Positions 1 through 13,629 of a stretch of DNA of 64,000 bases are shown piece by piece. The first letter of the stretch is position 1, and every line of letters begins with the position of its first letter. Source of the DNA: Ruditapes philippinarum (lineage: Eukaryota); assembly GCF_026571515.1 (NCBI RefSeq), contig NW_026852804.1, forward strand, positions 1-64,000. The letters are read 5' to 3'. Position numbers and translations under genes: made by a program. The notes under the pieces are model-generated. The model searched no databases. It saw only the letters and a program-made list of their open reading frames with translations, and was not told where the DNA came from.

Positions 1-3000
1 GCAAAGCTTTTTATGTGATACAACAGGAAATGATTTACCATTATTTTCCCATAAAATGCTTCACAGACAAAGGAATTGCTCGTTAAAGTCCGTTTTCTAT
101 TCTAGGTCACATTGTTCTGGATAAAACATGATTGACATTTCGATTAAAGACATAGTCTGGCACATTGTTTTGATATTTGATATTCTTTGATAGTGAGAAT
201 AAGAGAAAACTTTCTATAGTTATGCAACAACCATACAAACCACAGTAAAATGCATAAAAACAAATATTGTGTTAGATGTCAAGAAATCAGAATTAACTTC
301 TATTAAAAAACAAAACTTCCAAGTGAAAACCGTGAATATGATCTATTTCAAAAACGTTTCTAGACTTTAAAATAAAGAACATGTAATACAAGTATGTATA
401 TACTGCAATATTACATTTTCCATGCTTTCATCATATTAATAAAAATGGAGCGTGATTATTTGACAATCCAAATAATCAAGATTATTTAGAAATATTCTTG
501 TAAGATTCTTATTATGAAATTAATGCAATGTAGACACATAATTGTATGCATTTTAACAAATAATCGAGTCTTTCAGAAACATTTATTTAATTTATTTGGA
601 AAAACGGCGGAAAGAGATGACTTTTAAATAAGATTTTTTTTTCAATTTCAAAATTTAAAATGATATCGGAAAACTAGAAGACTAGAAGATTATGTAATTT
701 TTAAGACACTTAAATCGACAGTCTCTGATCGATTTGCTCTTCAAGTTGAGAGAAACGTTCTGAGATACATGTAGTAGGTAATTGCGTTTCCGTTGTCGCT
801 TTACGTGTTATACTGTTAATTCGTCATAACATAGCAATTGCACAATATGGACTTTCTTTTGAGATAATACATTGTTATATTTCTATCCAGCAGTGACTAA
901 GGATTTTCGGATGAAATGGGAAACAAACCAAAGTAAACTATATATGCAACAACTGAGAAACACTCCTTATAATAAGTGCATAATCAACAAATTGAGCGAT
1001 CCAATATTACCAACCACGTTGGCAATGCGATGAGAAATGAGTATAGCAAATAACACAGTTGTAATGTTATTAAATATTCATAGAATATATTATTTCATTA
1101 AAGTTCTTAATGAGAAACTGCCTACATATCGGTATATTTGAGAGAAAACTATAATTATGTTAGACTTTCAATGAGAAAAAGCAGTTTATGAAGTATAACA
1201 AAATTTGACGATGATAATTATTTTAAAACAAAATAAATATCAGATTCTTCTCAGTGGGGTAGCATATAAACGCCACATCCCACAAAGGGTAGAAGAAAGA
1301 AAATGAGAGATAAAGGCTTAAATAAGCGCCTAAAGAGTATAAGAAAGGGTGTTTATCGACACGGAACAGTATAACTGAAACTCATCGGTTTGGTAATGCC
1401 AGCGGGTTTAAACGTGCTGCTATCATGTGACTTGTCTATCATCACATTCGGCTACGGCTATTATGCTAAATAAAAAACTTGAAGTATAATGATTCAATAT
1501 ATAAGTTACACATCAAAACAGAAAATGTTTCAGGCCCTGTTTGATTTACCTAGTTCATGAGGGAGAAAGTCTATACCAGCACACACTTTAATTTTTCACT
1601 TTCGGGACCATTTAATATCGAATTTTCAATACTTATTTAATGTTAACTGTATTCCAAAGATTATAAATATAATGAAGCATAATTTTGTAAATGAAAATTT
1701 TATTTAAATGTTAAGAAAGGCCAAATCATTTATGATTTTTTTAAATTAATTTAAGTTTTCTGTTTTAACTTTCGTTGATCTGTTAATTTAAAATTTGGCA
1801 CAAAGTTGATACTTAGAGAGATGTATTGTGTATTTATTATTGGATAATTAAATCTTTACAGTTCTATAATCGAATATTCAAAATGTAATTGTCGCCATCT
1901 TCCTGGTTAAGTTTGAATGATAACATGTTGGAAATGCAATGTGTGTGCATATTTTATTCAATAGTTGACTAATAAATTACTACACGTTGTTGTGGTATTC
2001 TTATTTTCATAAATTTATGATATGCAAAATTGGTGCTACATAACGTTAACATTTTTTATTGTTTAGGATATAACATGTTATCAGTATTTTCGGAAGTAAA
2101 GCAACAAAATCTGTGATACTAGGTTTAGTTTGATGGAGCTATCATGTAACGACTTCTGTCTTTAAACAAATCTATATTGATTTACTGGAAGATGTATGAT
2201 CAGTCTTGGAGATAAAAGGAAGTTTTGATTCTAAACTTAATGTCACGGTGTTACAAAACCTGTTGTGGTGTTTATGGATAGTCAATGTATCTAATATACT
2301 ATAAATGTTGAGATGCAGTAAGATGGTTGCAACAAAAACAGTGATATAACATAAAACCCTCATGATATTTTAATAAAACTGTAATGCAAGAAACCGGGTG
2401 TTAAGAAAAATACCACGATAGCCATTAGAACATGATTAATTAACTAACTGAAAAACCCCACACTATTAGTAATACACATAAAGGAAATAGTGTGGCATAG
2501 CTGCTTTTCTCGTTCACATCTAACAAATTAAGATCAAGACACACTCTGCATAAAGCAAACTACGAAAGCATGGGACTTGTTGGCTAAAAAGGAACTCGTC
2601 TTTCGCTTCCGTCCCTACCCCCTACATTTCCGTATTGGGTCAGCGACCAACACAATATTTAAGATTGTATATACATTTGAGTATATCCCTCGTTTGCGTT
2701 AGATTAGAACAATTACTGATTGGCAGAAAAAGAAGGTGTAATAAGAATAAAAATACCTACTTAATACTACTTCTGTTGAAAATGTCAACACAATTCAGAG
2801 TTACCTGATGGTGAGCCAAGATAACATCTAGCGTCGTGAGACTGTTGTTTTACCTAAAAATTCAAATACTTAAAAAAAAAACAGTAAAAAAAGTATTTTT
2901 TGGGGTAATTTTGGGTTTTTTTTTTTTTTTTTGATTTGAAGAACCCAAAAAATTTTTACATTTAAAATTTTACAAAAAAAGATAATGCTAAACATGGTGA

Positions 3001-6000
3001 ATATATATTATATTTTCACTGATTCACTGATAGAGATCATTTCATAAATATAGCCAATTCTTTTGGTTTTCTAAATGTGGGTTGTAGTGTGAAGAATCAG
3101 AATAAACATATGTCATACGATAAATAAAAACAGTTTCTGAAATGATATATATGTAAGTGATTATTCCATCATGAATCAAAATTAAAACAAAATGTTAAAA
3201 TACATGTTGATAAATAATTTGATACTTTTAAATACAATGAACATGTGATTCAAAGTTCAAATCATTTCATCAGAATTTATGTATCGTTTTATTCACCCAG
3301 GTTTTCTCGAACTAAAGTTTAAATTTGCATATCTGCTAACAGTAAACATTTTAACATATAGATTATATATTTATATAAAGGAATATATTCCTGTAATAAA
3401 ATAATCACATCATACATTATATATATTTTTTGTTCAGTTTTGTAATATGAAAACTTAAAACAAAACTCTTCTTCAGATTATTTCTGAAACAGATAAAACA
3501 TGCATAAAAATGTTGAAAAGAAACAGGCGATATTTTGTAAAAGGCCTTATCTGTTCTGACAGTCGACCATCGATCTGTTTATAATGTGGTAAGATGGCTT
3601 CCAAAAAATACAACTAATTAAGTTTTGTGTCTAAAAAGTGTTTCTTTCGCATTGCTGATATAAGACCCTCTAAAAGGAAATATTTTCTTGCAACTGGGAA
3701 ATGTAGCGAATTGCAGAGAAGGAAATCTTCAGTGACATGCAAGTGTCACCCTTCTTTCCTTGACTATTTGAAGAAAAAAATCTTATTACAAAAATTCTTT
3801 TATTTAGGAACACGCAAGCTATTCATGGGACTTGCATATTAATCAAGTATTTATAACAAATAATTGCCTACCGACTGCGTAGATGTTGAAGTTAGAAATT
3901 TAGTTCGCTTACCGAAACACGAAAGGTTCGTTTAGAAACACATTTATCATAAAGGTTTTCCATAGTTCAAGATAAATGATCTACACGAAATAATAATGAC
4001 ATGCAAGCAATGCTCACATTTCTCTATGACATTGCATGGAAAACTAAGAACTATCATATGTAAGTTAACCAGTTTAACTTCGGTCGAGTATCCTTTTTTT
4101 AAAAATATTCTTGTTTAGGATTTTCTTGGTTTGATTGCTGAGTATTGCAGCGTCTTGTCCTTGTTTCGTCCTTGTGCCTTACTTAGTTCCGTGTCGGTAG
4201 TCCGGTATGCTGGTTTTGTTATGTGCTACATTTGAAAATGCCGTCTTTCTTGGTGATAATCATATTTTAATCAATTAAAGAGAAAAACTGTTTATAAAGC
4301 AAGAAATATAAGATCAATGTCAGTGCATGTCGAGTAATAAAAGACCAATCCTATTTCAATGTTATTTTACTTGTAAATAGTATATGCACGGTGTCAAGGG
4401 TATACGCATCATTTTTCCGCGTACCGCCGATAATTTATCATCCTATGCGCAACACCGTATCATTCTTACGTAATCTTCTGAAAAGTGCAAGAGGTCAATT
4501 CAAAAATGCGAAAATTTCTTACTAAAATTGATTTTATTTAGAGAGTTTGCATACATCACGGAAGTTTTGAATCATTCATCTATGTGTACAAAACATTTTG
4601 TAACAATATTTGTCTGTTATAACCCGAAACTAATGAAAACACTTTTTTACATGTGAAACATTTGTGATCTTGATGCAAACATTTTTTTATCCTTTTCCGA
4701 AAGTAAAGCTGTCGGAAGAAGTATAATAATTCAAATGATAGCAAAAGAATTGACCCGAGCTGATAACATACCAATTTTATACAAATAATGCAAAATAATG
4801 TTGTGAAATCAAGAAAACTTTGATAAACATGGTACCGCATCATGCAGAACCATGGCACCGCTTCTTTTTGCGCGGTAATACTTTTTTTCTTGGGGGAGGG
4901 GTTGGGTATTGCTAATTTTTATTGTAGGATTGACAAGAAGAGGTAGATGTTGGCTATCGGTTAGGGTAAGCGGGGCAGTGGATTACCTGGGCCTGGAAGC
5001 AATCTGGACCTCTACAGTTGTTTTTAAAGATAATTTCTTGTTAAAAATGTATGTTTTCGTAGCAGTTGCATTTTATGTCTTTTGTGAGGTTGAACTTTTC
5101 TTTGGACTAGGGAATTGCATAATATTTGCAGATTTCAGTAATGGAAATTTTACTCTCAAATTTGTTAATACATCACACAAGCAAGTCAAAGCTCATATTT
5201 CTAAAATGGTATTTCTTTTTACATTTGAATTTTAGTTACTTAACTAATTGACTTGGCACATAACGTACGCATTGTTAAGGTGGCAACTATGTATGGTGCT
5301 GATTTGGTACATTTGCGCGTTTCGTTGTCGATAGTGACGACGCAAAATATATATTTTTTTCGCCTTTTCGTCTTGTCGCTAGCGACAATACCAAACGGAG
5401 CGTTGTCGCGCTGTTGTCTTGTTGTCCTGTCTCTAGCGCGGCACCCAAAACGGCGCGTTGTCGTGCGGCGTGTTGTCACGATGTCACATTGTCGCTCGGT
5501 TCAAATTATAGGAATTGGCTTATAAGCCAGCGACAGAGCGACATCGCGCCGCACGACAACGCAGTTTGGCGTGCCGCGCTAGAAACAGGACCACAAGACG
5601 ACAGCGCGTCGTTTGGCGCTTTGTCGTGTTGTCGCTAGCGCCAGGACGACAAGACGAAAGTAGGACAATGCGATGTCGCCCTGTTCCTTGGCTTATATTA
5701 AGCCAATTCTTCGATTGAACCGAGCGACAATATGACATCTACGGAATGCCGTTAGGGCCATTGCCTATGAATGTGTTGATCTGAAACGCGATAGTCGATA
5801 GGACGATGGTGAAAACGCGAAATCACGAAACTACGATGGTGAAAATGCGAAAGCACGATGATGAAAACGCGAAAGTACGATGATAAAAACGCGACAGTGC
5901 GATACTACGATGATGAAAGCGCGATAAACTATCGTGTTTTCACCATCGTACTGTCGCGTTTTCACCATCGTAGTTTCGTGATTTCGCGTTTTCATCATCG

Positions 6001-6595
6001 TACTGTCGTGTTTTCATCATCGTACTATCGCGTTTTCACCATCGTACTATCGCGTTTTCACCATCGTACTATCGCGTTTTTATCATCAGTAGTATAGGCG
6101 TCGGTTTGGCGCCACGACTGCGCATGCGCGGCGCCATATTGGATTCTATTTTTAGAATGACATCATCGTTCTATTTTAAGAATGTGATCATCCGTCTATT
6201 TTTAGAATGACATTATTGTTCTATTTTTAATCTCCCGGAAGTATACGGAGCTGACTCGTATACACGATTTAGGGCTTGAATCGCGGACATTGAGGGTCAG
6301 GTCCTCGGCCCTAGACGGAGAGATAATTACCATTATGAAGATAAAAGAAATGTTTGTAAATAGATACGTACTTAACATTTTAAATTTAAAAAACAAATAG
6401 TTTTTTTAATATGTTCAAAAAATAATATTGATACAAATATAACTCGTTTACTTACCTACATTTAGTAAGGAAATGACTGTCATAGCGTAATGTTCTTGTA
6501 GACTGCGCATGATCTATTTTTAGTCGCGGTATTTCACAACCACCAGGAGCTATTTCATCAGCCCCACGCGGGTGTCAATGAAAGAAAAAGGCATT

Positions 6596-6999
6596 AAGTA
6601 CAGTCGCCGCTCAGTCTAGATTCACAATACCTAGCGGAACTATTCTGAACAAAAACCCTTTATCCTTCGTTACTAAATATAACTTTTCATTAATCACAAA
6701 AGAATCTATTATCCTTTCAAACGCAGCGACCGTCAAGTACAGTCGCCGCTCAGTCTAGATTCACAATACCTAGCGGAACTATGTTGAACAAAAACCCTTT
6801 ATCCTTCGTTACTAAATATAACTTTTCATTAATCACAAAAGAATCTATTATCCTTTCAAACGCAGCGACCGTCAAGTACAGTCGCCGCTCAGTCTAGATT
6901 CACAATACCTAGCGGAACTATGTTGAACAAAAACCCTTTATCCTTCGTTACTAAATATAGCTTTTCATTAATCTTATCCTTTTAAATGCAGCGACCATT
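6596..6999 (+). repeat. 139-bp tandem repeat, 3 copies in the left arm (2 copies in the right arm, about 11485-11719)
   Basis: Unit starts AAGTACAGTCGCCGCTCAGTCTAG at 6596, 6735 and 6874. Confidence 0.95.
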
Positions 7000-9095
7000 A
7001 AGTAAAAACTCATTAACGAGAAATTGCTACGCATGCATTAACATATTTTAACACTTCATATATTGTACCGTTCCTTTTAAGTGCATGCTACGGTAAACTG
7101 ATTGCATATTTTAAACACGGTTGCCCTTAGCAACTGGTCAAATTTTGTGATTTTTATGAACACTTCAGATTCTTATTTTTTATACAAAAATAAATTTTAA
7201 ATGAATACACTTATGTATAAGAAAGTTGTAAACTGATTTTAAATGAAATTTATAATACACTTAAGCTATAAACCGGTTTTTCATCGTTTGGGCAACCGTT
7301 TACGCTCAAAATTTTTGAGATAAAGTCGTTATAAGATAGAATAAACCGAAAGCTTTCGTTTTGACCCGGGGTTCTCGATTCGATTTTCAGCCGTTTTTGA
7401 GTTATGACGCAAGAGCGATTTTAAACCCTAAATTGCGAAAGTCAATAAAAACGTTAGAACTTTTTACCAATCGATTCGTCTCGTCGCGCTGATTAAGAAA
7501 ATATATAGTTTTATGGGTTTATCTTTTACCGTTTTCGAGTAATTCGAGTTTAAAGTCACCGGAAGTGACGTCACAGAAATTTCAAAATCGATTTTTTCCG
7601 TTATTACTTGACCGAATATATACCTTGTTTGGTATCGTTGGAAAGCATTTTACCACACCTGTTACCTGACGCTATTCAAAAAGCCATTGGACCGGAACTG
7701 AAATCACTGAAGCGTAAAAACGTGTTTTCTGTACCACGTCCGGACCGAACTAAGGCGTGTTTGGTATCAAACGAAATGTCTTAAGCCGCTCTTTATGAAT
7801 ACGGACTAAAATCGAAATTAAAATCACTCATGCGTAAAAATCATTAAAATAACTAAAATAAGCTTACCCCCAGTCTTTACTCCTTGCCTATCAAACTATT
7901 TATGACAAGTTACTATAGCCTATCGTTAAACGGTCCAGTTACGACAGGTTTAAACCGGTATTGCTATTTTTGATTAGCCAATGAAATTGAAGAACGAGGT
8001 TTTTAAACCATTTTTTTTAAAGTTCATAAAACCCTTAGATTTATATGCCGTTTGAAAGATCTCTGCGAGTAGATACAGAAAATGTATTATTATATGGATC
8101 TATCTTTTACTGTTTCTGAGATAGGAGAGTTTCAATATGGCAGACAAAATCACTCATGCGGAAACACGCGCATAACTTTTTCGTTTATGAACGAAACATA
8201 GTTATGTTTGGTATCAAATTGAAGGTCTTGACGAGTACATTTTAGTCACGCGATCAAACCGGATGTGAAATCACTCATGCGTGAAAAATATATATTTTGG
8301 TTACTAGAGCAACCAAATACGATATGATTTTTTAATTGTTGACTACCAATTGAAAGAACAGTTCAATACCTTTAATTTACACCCCACATTATCGATTCGA
8401 TTTCAACTGTTACAGAGTTATTACGTAACAGCGATTTTTTAAACCCAAATTTTTCAAAGTTTACAAAACCCCTTAATTTATATACCGTTAAAAAGATCTC
8501 TACGAGTAGATTCAAAAAATGTATAAGTTTATGGGTCTATGATTATGAGTTACTGAGATATTACAGATATAGACTTAGTGTATTTTAACCACCAATGTAA
8601 GATAAAGCGTTATTGCACTACATTGTTCAAAAATATTCAAACGACTGTGGTGTTCTTATTTATGGGTCGATTTTATCCATCTTGGTATCAAATTAAAGGT
8701 ATTTAAGAGTACTTTCAGACGCTGTTGATAGTAAAGTTCATACTGGAAGTCAAAATCACTCATGCGTTAAATGACAATTCTCCGCTTATTTCTGGACATA
8801 ACATGGGTATGTTGCATATCAAACGAAAGGTCTTGACAAATGCGACAAGCTGAAACTAACAAACCGCAAGTGAAACCAATCACGCGTAAAAATCATTAAA
8901 ATAACTAAAATAAGCTTACCCCCAACCTTTACTCCTCGCTATCTAAATCGGCAATGAATGAATCGCTACGGTTAATCGTAATAAATGGAGTAAAAGAAGC
9001 GTTCGGATTGGTCACTGATAAGACAGTATTCTGATTGACTCGAAAGCAGGTTGGACAACCGTTCCTTGCAATGTGTAAAAATACATAAAACAAGT

Positions 9096-9320
9096 GAGGA
9101 GGAGGAGGAGGTGGAGGAGGAGGAGGTGGAGGAGGAGGAGGAGGAGGAGGTGGAGGAGGAGGAGGAGGAGAGGGGAGAAGGTGAAGAAGGTGGAGGAGGA
9201 AAAGAAGAAGCAGGAGGGGTAGGAGGTGTAGGAGGAAGAGGAGGAGGAGGAGGTGGAGAGGAGGAGGAGGAGGAGGAGAGAAGGAGGGGAGGAGGAGGAG
9301 GAGGTGGTGGCGGAGGAGAA
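9096..9320 (+). repeat. (GGA)n purine-rich low-complexity tract in the palindrome spacer
   Basis: Long imperfect GGA run. It explains the poly-E/G/P/S ORFs in the track. Confidence 0.95.
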
Positions 9321-12300
9321 GGAAAGGAATTTTTTTCCTGTATCTGCAAACGTAAGAATCGTTAAATAAACTTGTAAGAAGGCAGATTTCTTCGGCTTTT
9401 ATAAATCTTGCTACTAAAATGAATAAGTGTTCACCACCACCGCCACCGCCATCACCACCACCACCACCTCCTGCTTCTTCTTCGAACGCTTCTTTTACTC
9501 CATTTATTACGATTAACCGTAGCGATTCATTCATTGCCGATTTAGATAGCGAGGAGTAAAGGTTGGGGGTAAGCTTATTTTAGTTATTTTAATGATTTTT
9601 ACGCGTGATTGGTTTCACTTGCGGTTTGTTAGTTTCAGCTTGTCGCATTTGTCAAGACCTTTCGTTTGATATGCAACATACCCATGTTATGTCCAGAAAT
9701 AAGCGGAGAATTGTCATTTAACGCATGAGTGATTTTGACTTCCAGTATGAACTTTATTATCAACAGCGTCTGAAAGTACTCTTAAATACCTTTAATTTGA
9801 TACCAATATGGATAAAATCGACCCATAAATAAGAACACCACAGTCGTTTGAATATTTTTGAACAATGTAGTGCAATAACGCATTATCTAACATTGGTGGT
9901 TAAAATACACTAAGTCTATATCTGTAATATCTCAGTAACTCATAATGATAGACCCATAAACTTATACATTTTTTGAATCTACTCGTCGAGATCTTTTTAA
10001 CGGTATATAAATTAAGGGGTTTTGTAAACTTTGAAAATTTGGGTTTAAAAATCGCTGTTACGTAATAACTCTGTAACAGTTGAAAATCGAATCGATAATG
10101 TGGGGTGTAAATTAAAGGTATTGAACTGTTCTTTCAAATGGTAGTCAACAATTAAAAATCATATCGTATTTGGTTGCTCTAGTAACCAAAATATATATTT
10201 TTCACGCATGAGTGATTTCACATCCGGTTTGATCGCGTGACTAAAATGTACTCGTCAAGACCTTCAATTTGATACCAAACACGACTATGTTTCGTTCATA
10301 AACGAAAAAGTTATGCGCGTGTTTCCGCATGAGTGATTTTGTCTGCCATATTGAAACTCTCCTATCTCAGAAACAGTAAAAGATAGATCCATATAATAAT
10401 ACATTTTCTGTATCTACTCGCAGAGATCTTTCAAACGGCATATAAATCTAAGGGTTTTATGAACTTTAAAAAAATGGTTTAAAAACCTCGTTCTTCAATT
10501 TCATTGGCTAATCAAAAATAGCAATACCGGTTTAAACCTGTCGTAACTGGACCGTTTAACGATAGGCTATAGTAACTTGTCATAAATAGTTTGATAGGCA
10601 AGGAGTAAAGACTGGGGGTAAGCTTATTTTAGTTATTTTAATGACTTTTTACGCATGAGTGATTTTAATTTCGATTTTAGTCCGTATTCATAAAGAGCGG
10701 CTTGAGACATTTCATTTGATACCAAACACGCCTTAGTTCGGTCCGGACGTGGTACAGAAAACACGTTTTTACGCTTCAGTGATTTCAGTTCCGGTCCAAT
10801 GGCTTTTTGAATAGCGTCAGGTAACAGGTGTGGTAAAATGCTTTCCAACGATACCAAACAAGGTATATATTCGGTCAAGTAATAACGGAAAAAATCGATT
10901 TTGAAATTTCTGTGACGTCACTTCCGGTGACTTTAAACTCGAATTACTCGAAAACGGTAAAAGATAAACCCATAAAACTATATATTTTCTTAATCAGCGC
11001 GACGAGACGAATCGATTGGTAAAAAGTTCTAACGTTTTTATTGACTTTCGCAATTTAGGGTTTAAAATCGCTCTTGCGTCATAACTCAAAAACGGCTGAA
11101 AATCGAATCGAGAACCCCGGGTCAAAACGAAAGCTTTCGGTTTATTCTATCTTATAACGACTTTATCTCAAAAATTTTGAGCGTAAACGGTTGCCCAAAC
11201 GATAAAAAACCGGTTTATAGCTTAAATGTATTATAAATTTCATTTAAAATCAGTTTACAACTTTCTTATACATAAGTGTATTCATTTAAAATTTATTTTT
11301 GTATAAAAAATAAGAATCTGAAGTGTTCATAAAAATCACAAAATTTGACCAGTTGCTAAGGGCAACCGTGTTTAAAATATGCAATCAGTTTACCGTAGCA
11401 TGCACTTAAAAGGAACGGTACAATATATGAAGTGTTAAAATATGTTAATGCATGCGTAGCAATTTCTCGTTAATGAGTTTTTACTTAATGGTCGCTGCAT
11501 TTAAAAGGATAAGATTAATGAAAAGCTATATTTAGTTCCGCTAGGTATTGTAAATCTAGACTAAGTGGCGACTGTACTTGACGGTCGCTGCGTTTGAAAG
11601 GATAATAGATTCTTTTGTGATTAATGAAAAGTTATATTTAGTAACGAAGGATAAAGGGTTTTTGTTCAAAATAGTTCCGCTAGGTATTGTGAATCTAGAC
11701 TGAGCGGCGACTGTACTTAATGCCTTTTTCTTTCATTGACACCCGCGTGGGGCTGATGAAATAGCTCCTGGTGGTTGTGAAATACCGCGACTAAAAATAG
11801 ATCATGCGCAGTCTACAAGAACGTTACGCTATGACAGTCATTTCCTTACTAAATGTAGGTAAGTAAACGAGTTATATTTTATAAATATTATTTATTTTGA
11901 ACATATTAAAAAAAACTATTTTTTATAAATTAAAATGTTAAGTACGTATCTATTTACAAACATTTCTTTTATCTGTCATAATGGTAATTATCTCTCCGTC
12001 TAGGGCCGAGGACCTGACCCTCAATGTCCGCGATTCAAGCCCTAAATCGTGTATACGAGTCAGCTCCGTATACTTCCGGGAGATTAAAAATAGAACAATA
12101 ATGTCATTCTAAAAATAGACGGATGATCACATTCTTAAAATAGAACGATGATGTCATTCTAAAAATAGAATCCAATATGGCGCCGCGCATGCGCAGTCGT
12201 GGCGCCAAACCGACGCCTATACTACTATCATCGTACTGTCGTGTTTTCATCATCGTACTATCGCGTTTTCACCATCGTACTGTCGTTATTTCATCATCGT

Positions 12301-13629
12301 ACTATCGCGTTTTCATCATCGTACTATCGCGTTTTCACCATCGTAGTTTCGTGATTTCGTGTTTTCACCTTTGTACTTTCGACTATCGCGTTTCAGATTA
12401 ACACATTCATAGGCGATGGCCCTAAGGTCATTCCGGAATGACGTTAGGACCATCGCCTATGAATGGTTTGATCTGAAACGCGATACTCGACAGTACGATG
12501 ATGAAAACGCGAAATCACGAAACTACGATGGTGAAAACGCGACAGTACGATGGTGAAAACACGATAGTTTATCGCGTTTTCATCATCGTAGTATCGTACT
12601 GTCGCAATTTCATTATCGTACTATCGCGTTTTCATCATCGTGCTTTCGCGTTTTCACCATCGTAGTTTCGTGATTTCGCGTTTACACCATCGTACTATCG
12701 ACTATCGTGTTTTAGATCAACACGTTTATTGGCGATGGCCCTAACGGCATTCCGTAGACATCGCAACAACACGCCGCACTACAACGCACCGTTTCGCTAG
12801 CGCCAACACGATACACAAAGGTGTTCCAAATCAGCCACAATAGTAAGAAGACACTTTTAAATAACCGTACTTTCCACATGGATTAAGTGCAGTTGAAATA
12901 TACGGTGTCCTTCCTGGACAATTAAAGGACAGCTATTGACATGCTCGATTTTTTCTTGAAGTTTTGTCCGCCTTTCTGTATTTTTATAGATAAAGTAGCA
13001 AGATTTTACCATTCTCGCAAAATACTTTTTCGCGCCATTCAACATTGAATTTGTCGAATAGTTGAACTTTAAACAAGAGATTTAGTCAATCTTAACAGGC
13101 GATATTAAACTGCCTAAAACTGGACACTATAGAAACCGATGGACAGTAGTGCGCATCTCATGAAAGTATCCAGTTTATCGAGAAATTGGATGGCCATTTC
13201 CAGGACCAAAGTAACTGATGATTTTAGCATTGACAAAACTAACAGTTGTTCGTTGGAAGATGGTACAGCACTTAGTTTTTTTTTATATCGTCTGACATTC
13301 TATAAAAAAACAAACATTAACCGTGACATTTACTGTACCCACCGGCCCACACATCAAACAATCAACTGCCATAAACGGCTGAACATTGCGTTAAGGTAAG
13401 CATGTGAATAAGGAAACTACTAAAAAAAAGATATAATCCAAATAACATTGACGCAAAACAAGTTAGAGACGATTTCAATGTTGACTGACATACTCGATTT
13501 TAGTAAAATTTGACATTCTGCTAATTGATGACAATTTCAGATTTTTGCTCAAGGAAACATGGCGCCTCGACAAGCGATGCCAGAATTCCAAGTCCGCCGT
13601 TTCAGTCCTTTGCTAGAAGAAATTACATC

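Larger units (their letters stand above)
6088..12226. mobile_element. Non-autonomous Polinton/Maverick-like element composed almost entirely of giant inverted repeats
   Basis: Termini AGTAGTATAGGCG and CGCCTATACTACT. 6-bp TSD ATCATC at 6082-6087 and 12227-12232. Arms 6088-9005 and 9483-12226 are near-identical reverse complements. Short subterminal tandem repeats TCTATTTTTAGAATG. AGT-repeat termini, 6-bp TSD and long TIRs are Polinton hallmarks. No pPolB, integrase or capsid ORF. Confidence 0.85.
5740..12756. mobile_element. Foldback MITE dimer built from 21-22-bp repeats (CGTACTATCGCGTTTTCACCAT), split by the Polinton-like insertion
   Basis: TIR TACGGAATGCCGTTAGGGCCAT and ATGGCCCTAACGGCATTCCGTA. 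TSD GACATC at 5734-5739 and 12757-12762 (or ACAT if the TIR is one base longer). Internal fused-TIR junction CATTCCGGAATG near 12434 separates two palindromic modules. Confidence 0.85.
5292..12842. mobile_element. GC-rich palindromic MITE (about 0.55 kb of own sequence), split by nested insertions
   Basis: Degenerate TIRs TATGGTGCTGATTTGGTACA and TGTTCCAAATCAGCCACAATA. Removing the insert joins GAGCGACAATATGACATC to GCAACAACACGCCGCAC, the reverse complement of about 5448-5497. No clear TSD. Confidence 0.7.

Noticed and set aside
5240-5738. Five overlapping Arg/Cys-rich ORFs
   Set aside because: They lie in a GC-rich palindromic MITE and are open on both strands, with no domain signal.
5858-6097. 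Regular 21-22-bp repeats (also 12227-12710) as a CRISPR array or repeat protein
   Set aside because: No unique spacers or cas genes; repeats are contiguous, inverted and bounded by TIRs in eukaryotic DNA.
8972-9365. Poly-Pro/Ser and poly-Glu/Gly ORFs
   Set aside because: By-products of the (GGA)n tract, which is stop-free in several frames.
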